Source of the DNA: Planctomycetota bacterium
Lineage (GTDB): Bacteria; Planctomycetota; UBA8108; SXIK01
Assembly (NCBI GenBank): GCA_965223845.1
Contig: CBDCXR010000004.1
Coordinates: forward strand, 5,280,001-5,344,000
DNA length: 64,000 nucleotides
Reading direction: 5' to 3'
Part shown: positions 1 through 10,022 of the stretch, piece after piece
Layout: each line of letters opens with the position of its first letter
Position numbering within the stretch: position 1 is the first letter of the stretch
The notes under the pieces: model-generated
What the model was told of the DNA's origin: nothing
What the model saw: only the letters and a program-made list of their open reading frames with translations
The model's database searches: none
Made by a program: the position numbers and the translations under genes

Positions 1-1161
1 ATCGAGCTCGGCTGAATCCGTCGCTTCGGGCCGGCTTTCCCCTTCAGTCGCTGAAGCAAGACTTTCGTTGATTCTCTCGAGAGCGGAACGAACCACCTCT
101 CTGATCTCGGGACTGTCCACCTCGTCTCGTTCGCACGTCGCAGAGATGAACTCGTAGGTCTCGGCTGCTAAGTCGCTCGTCACTTCGAGTCCGACGAGTC
201 CCGCGGAGCCCTTAATGGTGTGGAACAATCTTCGGATGCGATCCATGTGTTCGCGGGATATGGGCTCCGCGTCGAGAACGATGGTTTCGATCTCGTCCAA
301 GTACGGCTCGCACTCTTCTAGGAAAACGTCGATCAAGTCGGAGTCGACGGACCCGGCTCCCGCATCGTTGCCGCCTTGCACGTCCGATCGTTTGGCGTCC
401 TTCACAGCTCTCAGGCACTCTTCGATCTGGGCGATCGCGCGCCAAATTCCGTCCAGCTCTGCGGACGATACGCTCCCCCCTTCGTCGATCAGGTCTTCGA
501 GGACCTGTTGCTGGCGATCCGCAACCATTTGAATCCGGTCGACGTTCGCGAGCCCCGCGGCACTCTTCAATGTGTGAAAGGCGCGCGATACTCCGAGAAG
601 GGCCTCGCTATCCTCGCGGTTCCCTTGGAGCGCTTCCGCATTTCGTTCGAGCGCGTCGAACAGCTCGTCGGCTTCGTCGATGAAACAAGCGATCAGTTCG
701 GGATCGACATCGTCCAAGGCCCCGAGGTCGAGATCACCGACGTCCCGTCGGCTCACGTCCAGATAGTCTCCGTATTCGCTTCTGACCTTCTCACGGTACT
801 CGCGGAGAATCTTCGCTTTGTCCGCTCCGGGCGACTCGATCGCGTCGGACAGCGTTCTAAGAATTGGAAACGAGTCTGAAACAAGTCTGCAGATGGAATC
901 GAATCGTTCTTCGTCCACGCCCAGGAACGACTTGGCCACCTCGAGCAGATCTTCCGAACACCCGGCAATTTCGAAGATCTCCAGCTGCTTGAACAGGCCC
1001 GCAGCTCCTCTTAGTGCGTGCACAGCCCGAATCGCCGCGTCGAGGTTGTCGTCACTCCGGTCGCCCGCGAGCATCGAAGCAACTGCCGACTCCGCGCTGT
1101 CCGCGAAGATCTGTACGTCCTTCACGAAGTACGAAACCATCTCTTCGTGGTACTTGCGCAT
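1..1161 (-). CDS. CheA/ChpA-like chemosensory kinase, N-terminal part with three Hpt domains (partial, runs off the left edge)
   Basis: Not in the ORF track; translated by hand from ATG at 1161 (MRKYHEEMVSYFVKD...). Three Hpt-type motifs: VHALRGAAG, FHTLKSAAG, FHTIKGSAG. Directly downstream of cheW. Confidence 0.85.
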   Translation of the reverse strand, partial: MRKYHEEMVSYFVKDVQIFADSAESAVASMLAGDRSDDNLDAAIRAVHALRGAAGLFKQLEIFEIAGCSEDLLEVAKSFLGVDEERFDSICRLVSDSFPILRTLSDAIESPGADKAKILREYREKVRSEYGDYLDVSRRDVGDLDLGALDDVDPELIACFIDEADELFDALERNAEALQGNREDSEALLGVSRAFHTLKSAAGLANVDRIQMVADRQQQVLEDLIDEGGSVSSAELDGIWRAIAQIEECLRAVKDAKRSDVQGGNDAGAGSVDSDLIDVFLEECEPYLDEIETIVLDAEPISREHMDRIRRLFHTIKGSAGLVGLEVTSDLAAETYEFISATCERDEVDSPEIREVVRSALERINESLASATEGESRPEATDSAELD

Positions 1162-1219
1162 CCTCTTGCCTTTCACTGCGTCGATTCTCGACACTCAAAC
1201 GAGTGAGCGTCGAAGCCGT

Positions 1220-1705
1220 CTACCGATCAAGAAAGCGAACCTGCTTCTGGCAATCTTCGATCAGCCGGTCCACGTCTAAGAGCATCACCAAGGAATCCCG
1301 GAACTCGCACAACCCTGCCGCGTACACCACCGACCCCTCGCCTTGGATCTCCTCCCCGGAGACCGCAGTTAGCAACTCGCCCACGGTGAGCACTCGGTCG
1401 ACGAGTACGCCGACGAAGTCGAACTTCGTTTCGAGCACCAGAATCGTCGACTTCCCCGCGGAAGCGACCGGTTCGACGCTCAGCCAACGATCAACCGAGA
1501 TCACCGGAACGACGTTTCCAAGAAGGTTGACCGCCCCACACACAAACTCGGGAGCTGCCGGAACTTTCGTCAGAGCGTCGACGGTCCAGATGCGATTGAC
1601 CGTCGCAACCGGCACACCGAACGCGGACGACCCGCGTTGAAACACGCACACGTGCAGCGCTTCGCGCTCGATGAGAGCCGTCCCAGTCTTCTCGTCTATC
1701 TCCAT
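1220..1705 (-). CDS. cheW: CheW chemotaxis adaptor
   Basis: FGVPV...LTKVPAAPEFVCGAVNLLGNVVPVISV...GVLVDRV pattern; lies in a chemosensory operon. Confidence 0.9.
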   Translation of the reverse strand: MEIDEKTGTALIEREALHVCVFQRGSSAFGVPVATVNRIWTVDALTKVPAAPEFVCGAVNLLGNVVPVISVDRWLSVEPVASAGKSTILVLETKFDFVGVLVDRVLTVGELLTAVSGEEIQGEGSVVYAAGLCEFRDSLVMLLDVDRLIEDCQKQVRFLDR

Positions 1706-1721
1706 GCCGCTTCGCCTCCGC

Positions 1722-2081
1722 TCACGCGCTGAACTTTTCGACGAGATCGATCAACTCTTGTGGCTCGTACGGCTTGACCAAGTACGCGCTCGCGCCTTGC
1801 TTCAGGCCCCATTGCCGATCGGTTTCTTCGCCCTTGGAGGTGACCAGAATGACCGGAATGTCCTTGGTGGTCTCGTTTCGCTTGAGCGCCCTACAGACTT
1901 GAAACCCGTTCTTCTTCGGCATGACGACGTCGAGCAAAACCAAATCCGGGTTGGTGGTGGCGGCGGCCTCTTCACCCTGAACGCCGTCGCTGACGTGAGT
2001 GCAGGAATGTCCATTGCTCACGAGAACCGACTGCATGATTTGAGCTTCTGCTTGACTGTCATCGACGATGAGTACGCGCAT
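1722..2081 (-). CDS. Single-domain response regulator, PilH/CheY-like
   Basis: MRVLIVDD...DLVLLDVVMPKKNGFQVCRALK...DRQWGLKQGASAYLVKP, typical of PilH. Start trimmed to ATG 2081. Confidence 0.9.
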   Translation of the reverse strand: MRVLIVDDSQAEAQIMQSVLVSNGHSCTHVSDGVQGEEAAATTNPDLVLLDVVMPKKNGFQVCRALKRNETTKDIPVILVTSKGEETDRQWGLKQGASAYLVKPYEPQELIDLVEKFSA

Positions 2082-2212
2082 GATTCTTCTCCACTGAATC
2101 TCTTCTATCGCTCTCGCAATCCGAACGGGGCGGCTGACGGTCGCGATCACAACTGAGTTCCGACTTCCAGCTCGTCTCCGGCCACGATCACACAACTGTG
2201 ACGCGGCGAAGA

Positions 2213-4825
2213 TCAAGCGGAGCCAGCGACCTGGAACTGACCGATCGCCTTTGTGAGGTCGGCGGACAGCGCGGCGAGCTCTTCCGTCGAGTGCCGCGTT
2301 TGCATCGCTCCGGACTGCGCCTGTTTCGCAATGTCGGCCACCACCTCCATTGCCTTCACCACGCCGTTGGCACCGCGCACTTGCTGCTTCGCGGAAAGAC
2401 TGATCTCCTTGATCAGCTCCGACGACTGCCGAGTCGCAACCTGAATGTCGTCGAGTGATTGTCCCGCTCGAAGGACGACGCGGCCTTCGTCCTCTACCTG
2501 GGAGGTCTGTTCCTCCATAGAGGTAACCGCCTCGTTGGTCTCCGCCTGAATTCCCGCGATCAGCTTTTCGATCTCGTGCGTGGCGCCCCCTGTGCGCTCC
2601 GCGAGCTTACGCACTTCCTCGGCGACGACCGAGAATCCCCGGCCGTGCTCACCGGCACGAGCGGCTTCGATCGCTGCGTTGAGCGCCAACATGTCGGTCT
2701 GCGCGGAGATCTCCTCAATCGTGTTGACGATCGTCGAGATCTCCATCGAACGATCCCCTAGGCGCTTGATCTTCTTCGCACCGGCGAGAACGTTCTCACG
2801 AATTCGATCCATTCCGGCGATGACCTTGCTCACCGCGTCATTTCCGTCTTCGGAGGCGGAACGCGTCTTATCGCCCGCCGTCGCCGCGACTTCTGCGTTC
2901 TCCGCCACGGATTCGATGTTCGAGGACATTTCCTGTACGGCAGCAGTCGTGTTGATGACCTCTTCACTCTGCCTATCCGCGCCGTTGGCCAGCTGCTCCG
3001 AAGCGACTTGGATCTCCGTCGAAGCGGAAGCCACGCGATTCGCGGCGTCCCGCACGCCCTTGATCAGATCGCCCACGTTCTCGAGCATGAGGTTGATCGC
3101 GTCCGCAACGTTGCCGAGGGCTCCCTCGGTCACTGCCGCGCGCACGGTCAGATCACCGTCCGACGCGTCACTCACAACCATGAGGAGGTTTTGAATGTCT
3201 TCCTGCAGTCGTCGATTCTCTCGTACGATCTTCGTCTGAGCATCGACCCGCGACTCGACCATCGAGTTAAAGGCGACCGCTAGATCTCCGATTTCATCGT
3301 TCGTCGATACGCTCGCACGCGCATCGTCATCTCCGCCTGCGACCTGTTCCGCTACGGAAACGAGGTTGACCACGGGCTTGGAGAATTGACGCGCGCCCAG
3401 GAACGCCGCGGAGATAAACACGAGCAGCGCGATGGCTCCGACGAGAATCGACGTTGTCGCCTGACGATTCGCCGGCGCGAACGCCTCGGCCGCGTCGATC
3501 TCGGTGAGAATTCCCCAGTTCAAGCCGGGAATACTGAGAGGGCCGTAGGAACCGAGCACGTTGACGCCGCGATAGTCGGGGTAGACGTCGACCCCCGAGC
3601 GAACCGCGGGATCGGAACTGAAGATCCGTTCGACACCGCGCGTCTGAATCTCGAGAACTCCGATCGAGGTATGTGACAGTTGCTGCCCGTCCGACGAAAG
3701 CGTCTTTCGCCGTTGCGATACGTTCTCGAGTGAATCAAGAAATCGCGAGTTCGTGCGCTGCACGAAATCTTCGCCCACCAGATAGCTCTCGCCGGACTCA
3801 CCAAGACCCACCTGCTCTTGCCTACCGGACATGGTCATCACGTCGTTGATTCGATCGACGGGAAGCTGGTAGATCATCACCCCTTCCTTCTTTCCGTCTG
3901 CACCGAAGATCGGACAACCGAGAAAGGTGGCCGGAGCGTCGTACGAAATCGGGTAGGGAGCGAAGTCCGTCATCTTCACATGCCCGTCGACCGAGCCGTC
4001 GCGTTCGGATGCCCACCCGAGTGCGAACGCCTGTCCGATTCCCGTGTCCTTCTGCGGTCCGCTACGGAGATTTCCGTTGAAGTCCAGCTCCTTGAATACT
4101 GAGTAAACGACGTATCCTTCGGCGTCACAGATGAAGACGTCGTAATAGCCGAACCTCGATACGAGCTGCTTGATAATCGGGTGGTAGTTGGAATGCGCCT
4201 TGAGGAAAGTTGTCTGTCCGAGCGCCGATCTGAATCGACTGTCGAGATTCGAATTTCCTACGATGTCTGCGATGTCATTTTTTTCTTCTTTGCTGCCGAC
4301 CGGAGACGGATTCTTGACCGTGTACACATACTGGAGAATGTTGGTCTCGGGATCGGGGTGGAGAAAGCTCTCCACACTCTCCACCTCCCCGTCACGTACT
4401 CGACTCAGGTTCTGAATCAAAACGTCTTCGTAGTACTCCCTGTTCGCCGAGAGAACTTCACGCAGCAGCTTTTCGTCGACCTCTTGTCCCGCACCCTCGA
4501 TCTCTCGCACTAGTGTTCGCCGCGCCTGCGACAGCTCCGTAAGCGCACTGCGAACGGTCAGACTCTCGGCTTGATTGGCCAGATCCCGTCGCGCTTGTTC
4601 GAAATAGCTTTCGATATTCTCTTGGAGGGCGCTACGGACCGAGCTGAGCTGATCGAAAGCTTGTCTTTCCAGTGAGCTAGAGCTGATCTGGTAGCTAACG
4701 GTGGAGATCAAGACAACCGCAAAAACACCGAGCGAGGACACCGCCACGATCAGCTTGTTGCGGATATTCATTCTGAGTTTCTTCGCGCCCTGCGAACCGG
4801 AACTATCTGAAACGGCCACACTCAT
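2213..4825 (-). CDS. Methyl-accepting chemotaxis protein (TM, large Cache-type periplasmic domain, TM, HAMP, MCP signalling domain)
   Basis: Two TM segments, HAMP (DEIGDLAVAFNSM) and hairpin IEEISAQTDMLALNAAIEAARAGEHGRGFSVVAEEVRKLAERT. Start uncertain (4846 or 4825). Confidence 0.95.
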   Translation of the reverse strand: MSVAVSDSSGSQGAKKLRMNIRNKLIVAVSSLGVFAVVLISTVSYQISSSSLERQAFDQLSSVRSALQENIESYFEQARRDLANQAESLTVRSALTELSQARRTLVREIEGAGQEVDEKLLREVLSANREYYEDVLIQNLSRVRDGEVESVESFLHPDPETNILQYVYTVKNPSPVGSKEEKNDIADIVGNSNLDSRFRSALGQTTFLKAHSNYHPIIKQLVSRFGYYDVFICDAEGYVVYSVFKELDFNGNLRSGPQKDTGIGQAFALGWASERDGSVDGHVKMTDFAPYPISYDAPATFLGCPIFGADGKKEGVMIYQLPVDRINDVMTMSGRQEQVGLGESGESYLVGEDFVQRTNSRFLDSLENVSQRRKTLSSDGQQLSHTSIGVLEIQTRGVERIFSSDPAVRSGVDVYPDYRGVNVLGSYGPLSIPGLNWGILTEIDAAEAFAPANRQATTSILVGAIALLVFISAAFLGARQFSKPVVNLVSVAEQVAGGDDDARASVSTNDEIGDLAVAFNSMVESRVDAQTKIVRENRRLQEDIQNLLMVVSDASDGDLTVRAAVTEGALGNVADAINLMLENVGDLIKGVRDAANRVASASTEIQVASEQLANGADRQSEEVINTTAAVQEMSSNIESVAENAEVAATAGDKTRSASEDGNDAVSKVIAGMDRIRENVLAGAKKIKRLGDRSMEISTIVNTIEEISAQTDMLALNAAIEAARAGEHGRGFSVVAEEVRKLAERTGGATHEIEKLIAGIQAETNEAVTSMEEQTSQVEDEGRVVLRAGQSLDDIQVATRQSSELIKEISLSAKQQVRGANGVVKAMEVVADIAKQAQSGAMQTRHSTEELAALSADLTKAIGQFQVAGSA

Positions 4826-5410
4826 CACACACTCCTGCACGAGCAAAAAGACGACGTTTGCGAACTAAGTCTCCAGTCGTGGAGACTCGGATCCGCGAGA
4901 ACTTCCTGTGTACTGGGGAGAACGTGTTCCCTTCAGCGGGATGTATCGGAGTCGAGATCGCGCCCAACGCATTGGGGATCGCCCGGATTCGACCGAGGAG
5001 ATCGGAACTCGCGAAGGCGAAATCGCGAATCGGCGTACGGAACTGCCCGGATCCACCCGAGTCGATGGCGTTCAGCGAAGAACTACGGGAACGTCCCGCG
5101 CCTCGAGCCACAACCCGAGCTCGTTCTTCCCCTCGAAGAATCACGTTCGGACGTTCGCACGGTTCGCGACCGACGTATCGGCAGCGTCGCCCGAGCGCCT
5201 CTACGAGACTCTGGGATCGATTCCCGTGTGCCACCACGGGGCGAGCGAGTCGCGTGAGCGCTAACGCGAAGACCTGCGGCCTAACCCGCCTCGCGAGTTG
5301 AGCTGCGGCCCTGCCAGAGGAGTGGAGCGCCGCCGATGGTGTCCGCTGGAACGAGCGACGGATCAGCTCGAACGGATGAGCGGATCGCTGGGGCTCCCGG
5401 AGGCGGGCCG

Positions 5411-6082
5411 CTAGAGCGGTTGGTGCTGCCGCACGACCGAGCCATCCTCCGGCTCGTGGGTCGATCCGTTTCGCTCGATCAATCCGCAGAGCCGTACCAA
5501 CTGGGCGAGCGAGTCACACTCCATCTTGCGCATGACGCTCGATCGATGGTGCTCGACCGTCTTCGCGCTGATTTTCAGCTGATAGGCGATCGACTTGTTG
5601 GCGTGGCCCTGCGCGACCAAGTCCAGGACTTCGCGTTCGCGTGCGGTCAACCGCTCTGCACGCTGCCGCGCCTGGAGTTCCCGGGTGCGCGATTCGCGGA
5701 TCTGGGAATCTCGATCGAGCGCTCGTCGAACGCACTCAACGAGCGTCAGTGGATCGCAGGGCTTTTGGATGAAATCCACCGCCCCGTGCTTCAGACACTT
5801 GACGGCCGTGGGAACATCACCGCAGCCCGAAATCATGATCACCGGGATGGAATACTCCCGGTCCGCGAGTTCCTGAAGAAGGGTGGTCCCCGGCATCCCC
5901 GGCATGCGGACGTCGACCAGAGCGCACCCCGGCTCCCCGAGATAGGAGTCGAGAAACTCCGTCGCCGATGGGAACGCTCGCACCTCCATCTGATGGGTCT
6001 CGAGCAGCATCGAGAGCGATCTCAGGTACTGCGTGTCGTCGTCGATCGCGAAGACGACCGGGCTCGATCCTTCTCGATTCAT
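5411..6082 (-). CDS. FixJ/LuxR-family response regulator
   Basis: REC domain (IDDD...VDVRMPGM...DFIQKP) plus LuxR HTH (LTAREREVL...NKSIAYQLKISAKTVEHHR). ATG 6082 overlaps the kinase TGA (ATGA). Confidence 0.92.
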   Translation of the reverse strand: MNREGSSPVVFAIDDDTQYLRSLSMLLETHQMEVRAFPSATEFLDSYLGEPGCALVDVRMPGMPGTTLLQELADREYSIPVIMISGCGDVPTAVKCLKHGAVDFIQKPCDPLTLVECVRRALDRDSQIRESRTRELQARQRAERLTAREREVLDLVAQGHANKSIAYQLKISAKTVEHHRSSVMRKMECDSLAQLVRLCGLIERNGSTHEPEDGSVVRQHQPL

Positions 6083-7287
6083 GGCTGCACCGGAAGCGAG
6101 ATGTTCACGGCGGTCCCCGATCTCGATCCCTCGATCCATATTCTACCCCCATGATCTTGAACGATCGTGCGACAAATCGGAAGTCCAAGTCCGAGCCGAC
6201 CCGGTCGGGTGCTAAAGAACAGGTCGAACGCGCAGTCGGCCAGGTCGGCGGGCAAGCCCATCCCGTTGTCCTTCACCTGAATGTCAACCGTGTCGGGACT
6301 ACGATTCACCTCGATCACGATGCGCTTATCGACCTTCGACGACTCTCGCAGAGAATCGAACGCGTTGCGTACGACCTCCAGGATGACGTGCTGAAGCTGA
6401 ACCTCGTCAGCGATGATCAACCCAGGTTCCGATGGGATCTCGGATTCGATCGACACGCCTTCGTCGGCCCCTTCCGACCGCAGAACTCGGAGAACTTGGT
6501 CCATCATGTCTTGGAGGTCGACTGAGGACGACACCCTGCGCCGCCGGGACAACAGTCCGTTTAGGTTCTCCAGAATGTCGGCGGCACGCGCGATCTCGGC
6601 GTCGGCGTTCTCGATCGGCTCCATCGCCGGCGAATCGGCCGCAGAGATGCGGCTGCGTGCGACGCTCAGATAGTTGGCCACCGCTCCGAGCGGTTGGCTG
6701 AGCTCGTGCGACAACTGCGCGATCAGTTCCCCCAGAACGCCGAATCTCGATGATTCCGCGAGAGCGTCACGCAGACGCGCGTTCTCGCCCTTCATGATCC
6801 AGCGGTGAACCTCCGCCTCTATCCGTTGAGCATGGCGCCGCACGAGCGCTCGAGTCGTCGGGTCCATCTCGTGCCCGACGTCATCGGTAGCGAAGACGTG
6901 TCCGATCGGCGTCGAACGGGAATCGAGAAACACGGTCGAGAGATACGACCGTCCATCGATCCGACGCACTGGCGAGCTTGGGTGACAATCCGGGTACTGA
7001 TCGATCACTCCGTCCGGACAGAAGAAGATGTCGTCCTTGAACTCACCCGTGTAGAAACCCGCGTCGGGGAGTCCTTCGACGCGGCACTCCCGCGGACGAG
7101 GTTCCGGCATGCCATCGATCTGAAGAGTCAGCATTTCGAGTTCACCGGTAGCTCGCGAATAGAGAACTACACCGCCGCATCGCCAGCCGAGGTCTTCGAG
7201 GAATGCACCCACGGCCCGTTCGATCGACGTCAGCCCCGACGCCGGAGGGCCCGAGTCGGACCGGTTCGATCGTTGTCTTGCTGGCAT
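6079..7287 (-). CDS. Cytoplasmic sensor histidine kinase with GAF-like input domain
   Basis: H-box LSHELSQPL, N-box RNAFDS, G1 DNGMG, G2 GLGL. No TM segment seen. GAF-like N-terminus (SYLSTVFLD...IGHVFATD). Start uncertain. Confidence 0.88.
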   Translation of the reverse strand: MPARQRSNRSDSGPPASGLTSIERAVGAFLEDLGWRCGGVVLYSRATGELEMLTLQIDGMPEPRPRECRVEGLPDAGFYTGEFKDDIFFCPDGVIDQYPDCHPSSPVRRIDGRSYLSTVFLDSRSTPIGHVFATDDVGHEMDPTTRALVRRHAQRIEAEVHRWIMKGENARLRDALAESSRFGVLGELIAQLSHELSQPLGAVANYLSVARSRISAADSPAMEPIENADAEIARAADILENLNGLLSRRRRVSSSVDLQDMMDQVLRVLRSEGADEGVSIESEIPSEPGLIIADEVQLQHVILEVVRNAFDSLRESSKVDKRIVIEVNRSPDTVDIQVKDNGMGLPADLADCAFDLFFSTRPGRLGLGLPICRTIVQDHGGRIWIEGSRSGTAVNISLPVQP

Positions 7288-7872
7288 GCCAGTATCGATC
7301 CCGAAACTGCGGAACTCAGGCTGCCCGCTCGATGATCGAATCGCGGTCGACTCGACCAGTCTGGGTGGACAAACCGTGATTCTGGGCGAAGGTCGCGAAC
7401 TCGGGAGGATCGACGAACGTCTTCCGTCGACGACACGCTCGAGCACCGGATAGCCGACCTGGCGTCCGATCGGTCGGGCCACGACGGTGGTTCGGTCCGG
7501 TCGGGGGTGACCTCTTCATTCCAGCCGACCGACCACCTCAAGCTAGTTCCAGCTGAACCGCCCGATAGCAATCCGGTTTTTCCCCCATTCATCGATCTTC
7601 GCCCCACGTAGCGTCGAGAAGATAGGCTGGCTACGGGGAAAACGCCATAAGGGATGTCCCCTACTTGGAACTGAGTCCTCCTGCGCTTTGTCGTGAGATT
7701 CTCCCGAGTCGGTCCTCGGCGCGAGGGGGCCGGACTCGACGCTCCAAACGACGGCTGAACGCGGTCGGGCAAGGAGGCCGCGGGTGCCGAGAGACGGCCA
7801 CCCCACGCGCGGCACGCGACGGAGAGGCGGCCGACAAGATCGCCGCCACCACAGCCGCTGGAAGGCACAGAT

Positions 7873-9117
7873 TCAAAAGAGGAACGACGCGTCAAACGCG
7901 GCCGTCGTCTGCGTAAAGCGCGAACTGTTCTCGTAGATCCTCTCGTCGGCGATATCGACGCGAATCTCCCCACGGAGAAGGAGATTCTCGAACGGCTTCC
8001 ATCCGACGGTTGCCGTGGCGTCGAAGATCCGCAGATTAGGGTTCCCGAACGCCGCGCCGTCATGGTCGTCGAAATGCTCCAGACGTACGGCGGCGAACCA
8101 CGATTCACTCAGATCGTAGCGAGCTACGCCGGCGACCCCCCATAGATTCGAATATCCGCCCCCGGCTGAACCGGACTGGTCACTCTGCCAGTCCGCGTTC
8201 AGGAGAAACGTGAGCTTCGCGACCTTGAGCGAGGCAACGAGATCCACGAGGCTGCGGTAGTTCCCGGCGCTGGTTACCTCGCCCACGAAATAATTCGCGG
8301 TCAGGGCCGGCTCGAGGTCACCCCCTGGGGTCAACGTGACACTCGAGAGCCACACCGGGAAATTGCCTCCGCCGGAGGAGCCGACGTTTTGGTTCCCCCA
8401 ACCATTTACGATTCCCAGATAACCCGACAAGATTTCGTCGCCGCCCTCGGTCGAGAGAAGTGGAGCCGAAATCTTCGCTCCGGTATGCACGAACGGAATC
8501 GCGAAGCCAAAGAGGAGTGAGCGCGAAATCGAATCGTTGTACGGAGCGTCGATCAGCTCCGCTCCGGCGCTGGTGAGGAACTTCCCGAAAGTCAGCGTTG
8601 CACCACCGACGACGTCGACCTGATCGGGAACGCGAACCTGAACATTCGCCTCCAAGACATCGAGATCGTTGCCGCCGAACGCAATGTTTGGACTCTGCGT
8701 CGTCGCGCTGTCTTTTCCCGTCGTCGCCGCGAAGGAGAAACCGACGGGCGTAGACTCGTCCGGAGCGCGCGAGATGTAGAGTGCCGCGTTGTGCACGGTG
8801 AATTCGTTGTGGAAGACATCAAAAACGCGGAACGGGGTCTCCGGAAGAAGAGATCCTCCACGTTCCGCGCTATTGAAATTGTAAGCGTACGCAACGTTTA
8901 GATATCCGCCGATCTCGATCTCACGAAAAAGCTCCGCGATCCCCTGCGATCGCTCGGATTCATCGCTGAATTGGTCGCCGTCGGGCGAAGCAACGGCCGA
9001 ATCATCCAAACGAAACGGACCGGCCACTGCGTTCGGGGATGTACTGACAGCGGTCACGATCGCCATCACGATCGAAAGCGCTGCAGAACTACTGCTCTTC
9101 TGTTTGATGTCTGTCAT
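7873..9117 (-). CDS. Putative outer-membrane beta-barrel porin (DUF1597/BBP2-like)
   Basis: Signal peptide; GGYLNVAYAYNFN, GKFLTSAGAELID...N..ISRSLLF...PFVHTG, LLRGEIRVD; C-terminal Phe. Confidence 0.8.
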   Translation of the reverse strand: MTDIKQKSSSSAALSIVMAIVTAVSTSPNAVAGPFRLDDSAVASPDGDQFSDESERSQGIAELFREIEIGGYLNVAYAYNFNSAERGGSLLPETPFRVFDVFHNEFTVHNAALYISRAPDESTPVGFSFAATTGKDSATTQSPNIAFGGNDLDVLEANVQVRVPDQVDVVGGATLTFGKFLTSAGAELIDAPYNDSISRSLLFGFAIPFVHTGAKISAPLLSTEGGDEILSGYLGIVNGWGNQNVGSSGGGNFPVWLSSVTLTPGGDLEPALTANYFVGEVTSAGNYRSLVDLVASLKVAKLTFLLNADWQSDQSGSAGGGYSNLWGVAGVARYDLSESWFAAVRLEHFDDHDGAAFGNPNLRIFDATATVGWKPFENLLLRGEIRVDIADERIYENSSRFTQTTAAFDASFLF

Positions 9118-9338
9118 CTACACTCCCCCTGTCTTGTCCGACGAAGGGTACTGCCGACTCGAGATTCGACGTCCGGATCGAATCACTCGGGCGGGCTACC
9201 TCAGGTAGCTTCCACCGTCACTTTCGATGTTCGGCCGCGGTCCACCTCGCGCGGGATAGGGACATACCCTCGAGCGGACACGACTCGGAAGCGCCGTACA
9301 CACCTATGCGCACCGAGTCCAGCGCACGGTCCCGGCTC

Positions 9339-9376
9339 AAGAAAAAACCCATCGCGGCGCGGAACGTCGCGATGGG
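9339..9376 (-). terminator. Intrinsic terminator
   Basis: 12-bp near-perfect stem CCCATCGCGGCG/CGTCGCGATGGG preceded by AAAAAA on + (U-tract on -). Confidence 0.7.
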
Positions 9377-9556
9377 AGAGAGGGTCGCGCAGACTCAGAC
9401 GAAGCATCCACCATTCGGACGCGTCCGATGAGTCCGCCGAGACGCTGTGCACTCCACCTTTACTAAGGACGGAGGAATCGTCCGCGACTAGCCGACGGGT
9501 CGCAATAGGGAGGTATCCGTACGCGAGTGTCGACCTCACGCGAGTCGGAGCACGCG

Positions 9557-9596
9557 AAAAAAAATCGGCCGGCGAAGACTCGCGTCAACGCCGGCC
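9557..9596 (-). terminator. Intrinsic terminator
   Basis: Stem GGCCGGCG/CGCCGGCC preceded by A8 on + (U8 on -). Confidence 0.65.
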
Positions 9597-9601
9597 TCAA
9601 A

Positions 9602-9689
9602 TCTCCGAACCTCAACAGGATTCAGTTACGAGGATGCTGAAATCCGAGCGCACCTCGGAGGACGCTCGGTGTTGGGTTCAGTTCGGAGA
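9602..9689. ncRNA. Candidate structured cis-regulatory RNA or sRNA (three-way junction)
   Basis: Perfect 9-bp closing stem TCTCCGAAC/GTTCGGAGA encloses a second stem and two hairpins with complementary loops. Abuts a terminator. Confidence 0.4.
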
Positions 9690-10022
9690 AATCCCAAGTA
9701 GCTGCGTGGGAAATCGTGTACGCGACGGGTCCTACAGACGAGGCTCCGGTCGCAAAGGGCCTCATTCGGCGAAGCGATGCGTGCGCGCATTACTTCCGCG
9801 CTCGTCGCCCGCTGATTCCCACTCGGATTGTCGTCGACGGCGGGTAGCTCGAACCATAGGGAGTTTCCCCTACGAGCGGGCCTCCTCGGCTTCGTGCGTC
9901 ACGAGATTTCTTCGCGTGGCCGTGAAAACGGGCTACGCATCGCTGTGCCACAGCCGATACAACCGAACGGAATGATCAGCGACCGAGACACCCGAGGCGG
10001 GGCGAGTGGGTGGAGGTCAGTG

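Noticed and set aside
4803-5301. ORFs between the MCP and the FixJ-like gene
   Set aside because: No recognisable motifs or RBS; treated as the regulatory region of the chemosensory operon.
9700-9775. CGCAAAG-containing segment suggestive of a c-di-GMP-I riboswitch
   Set aside because: Lacks the GGCAAAC and GNRA-tetraloop P2 stem.
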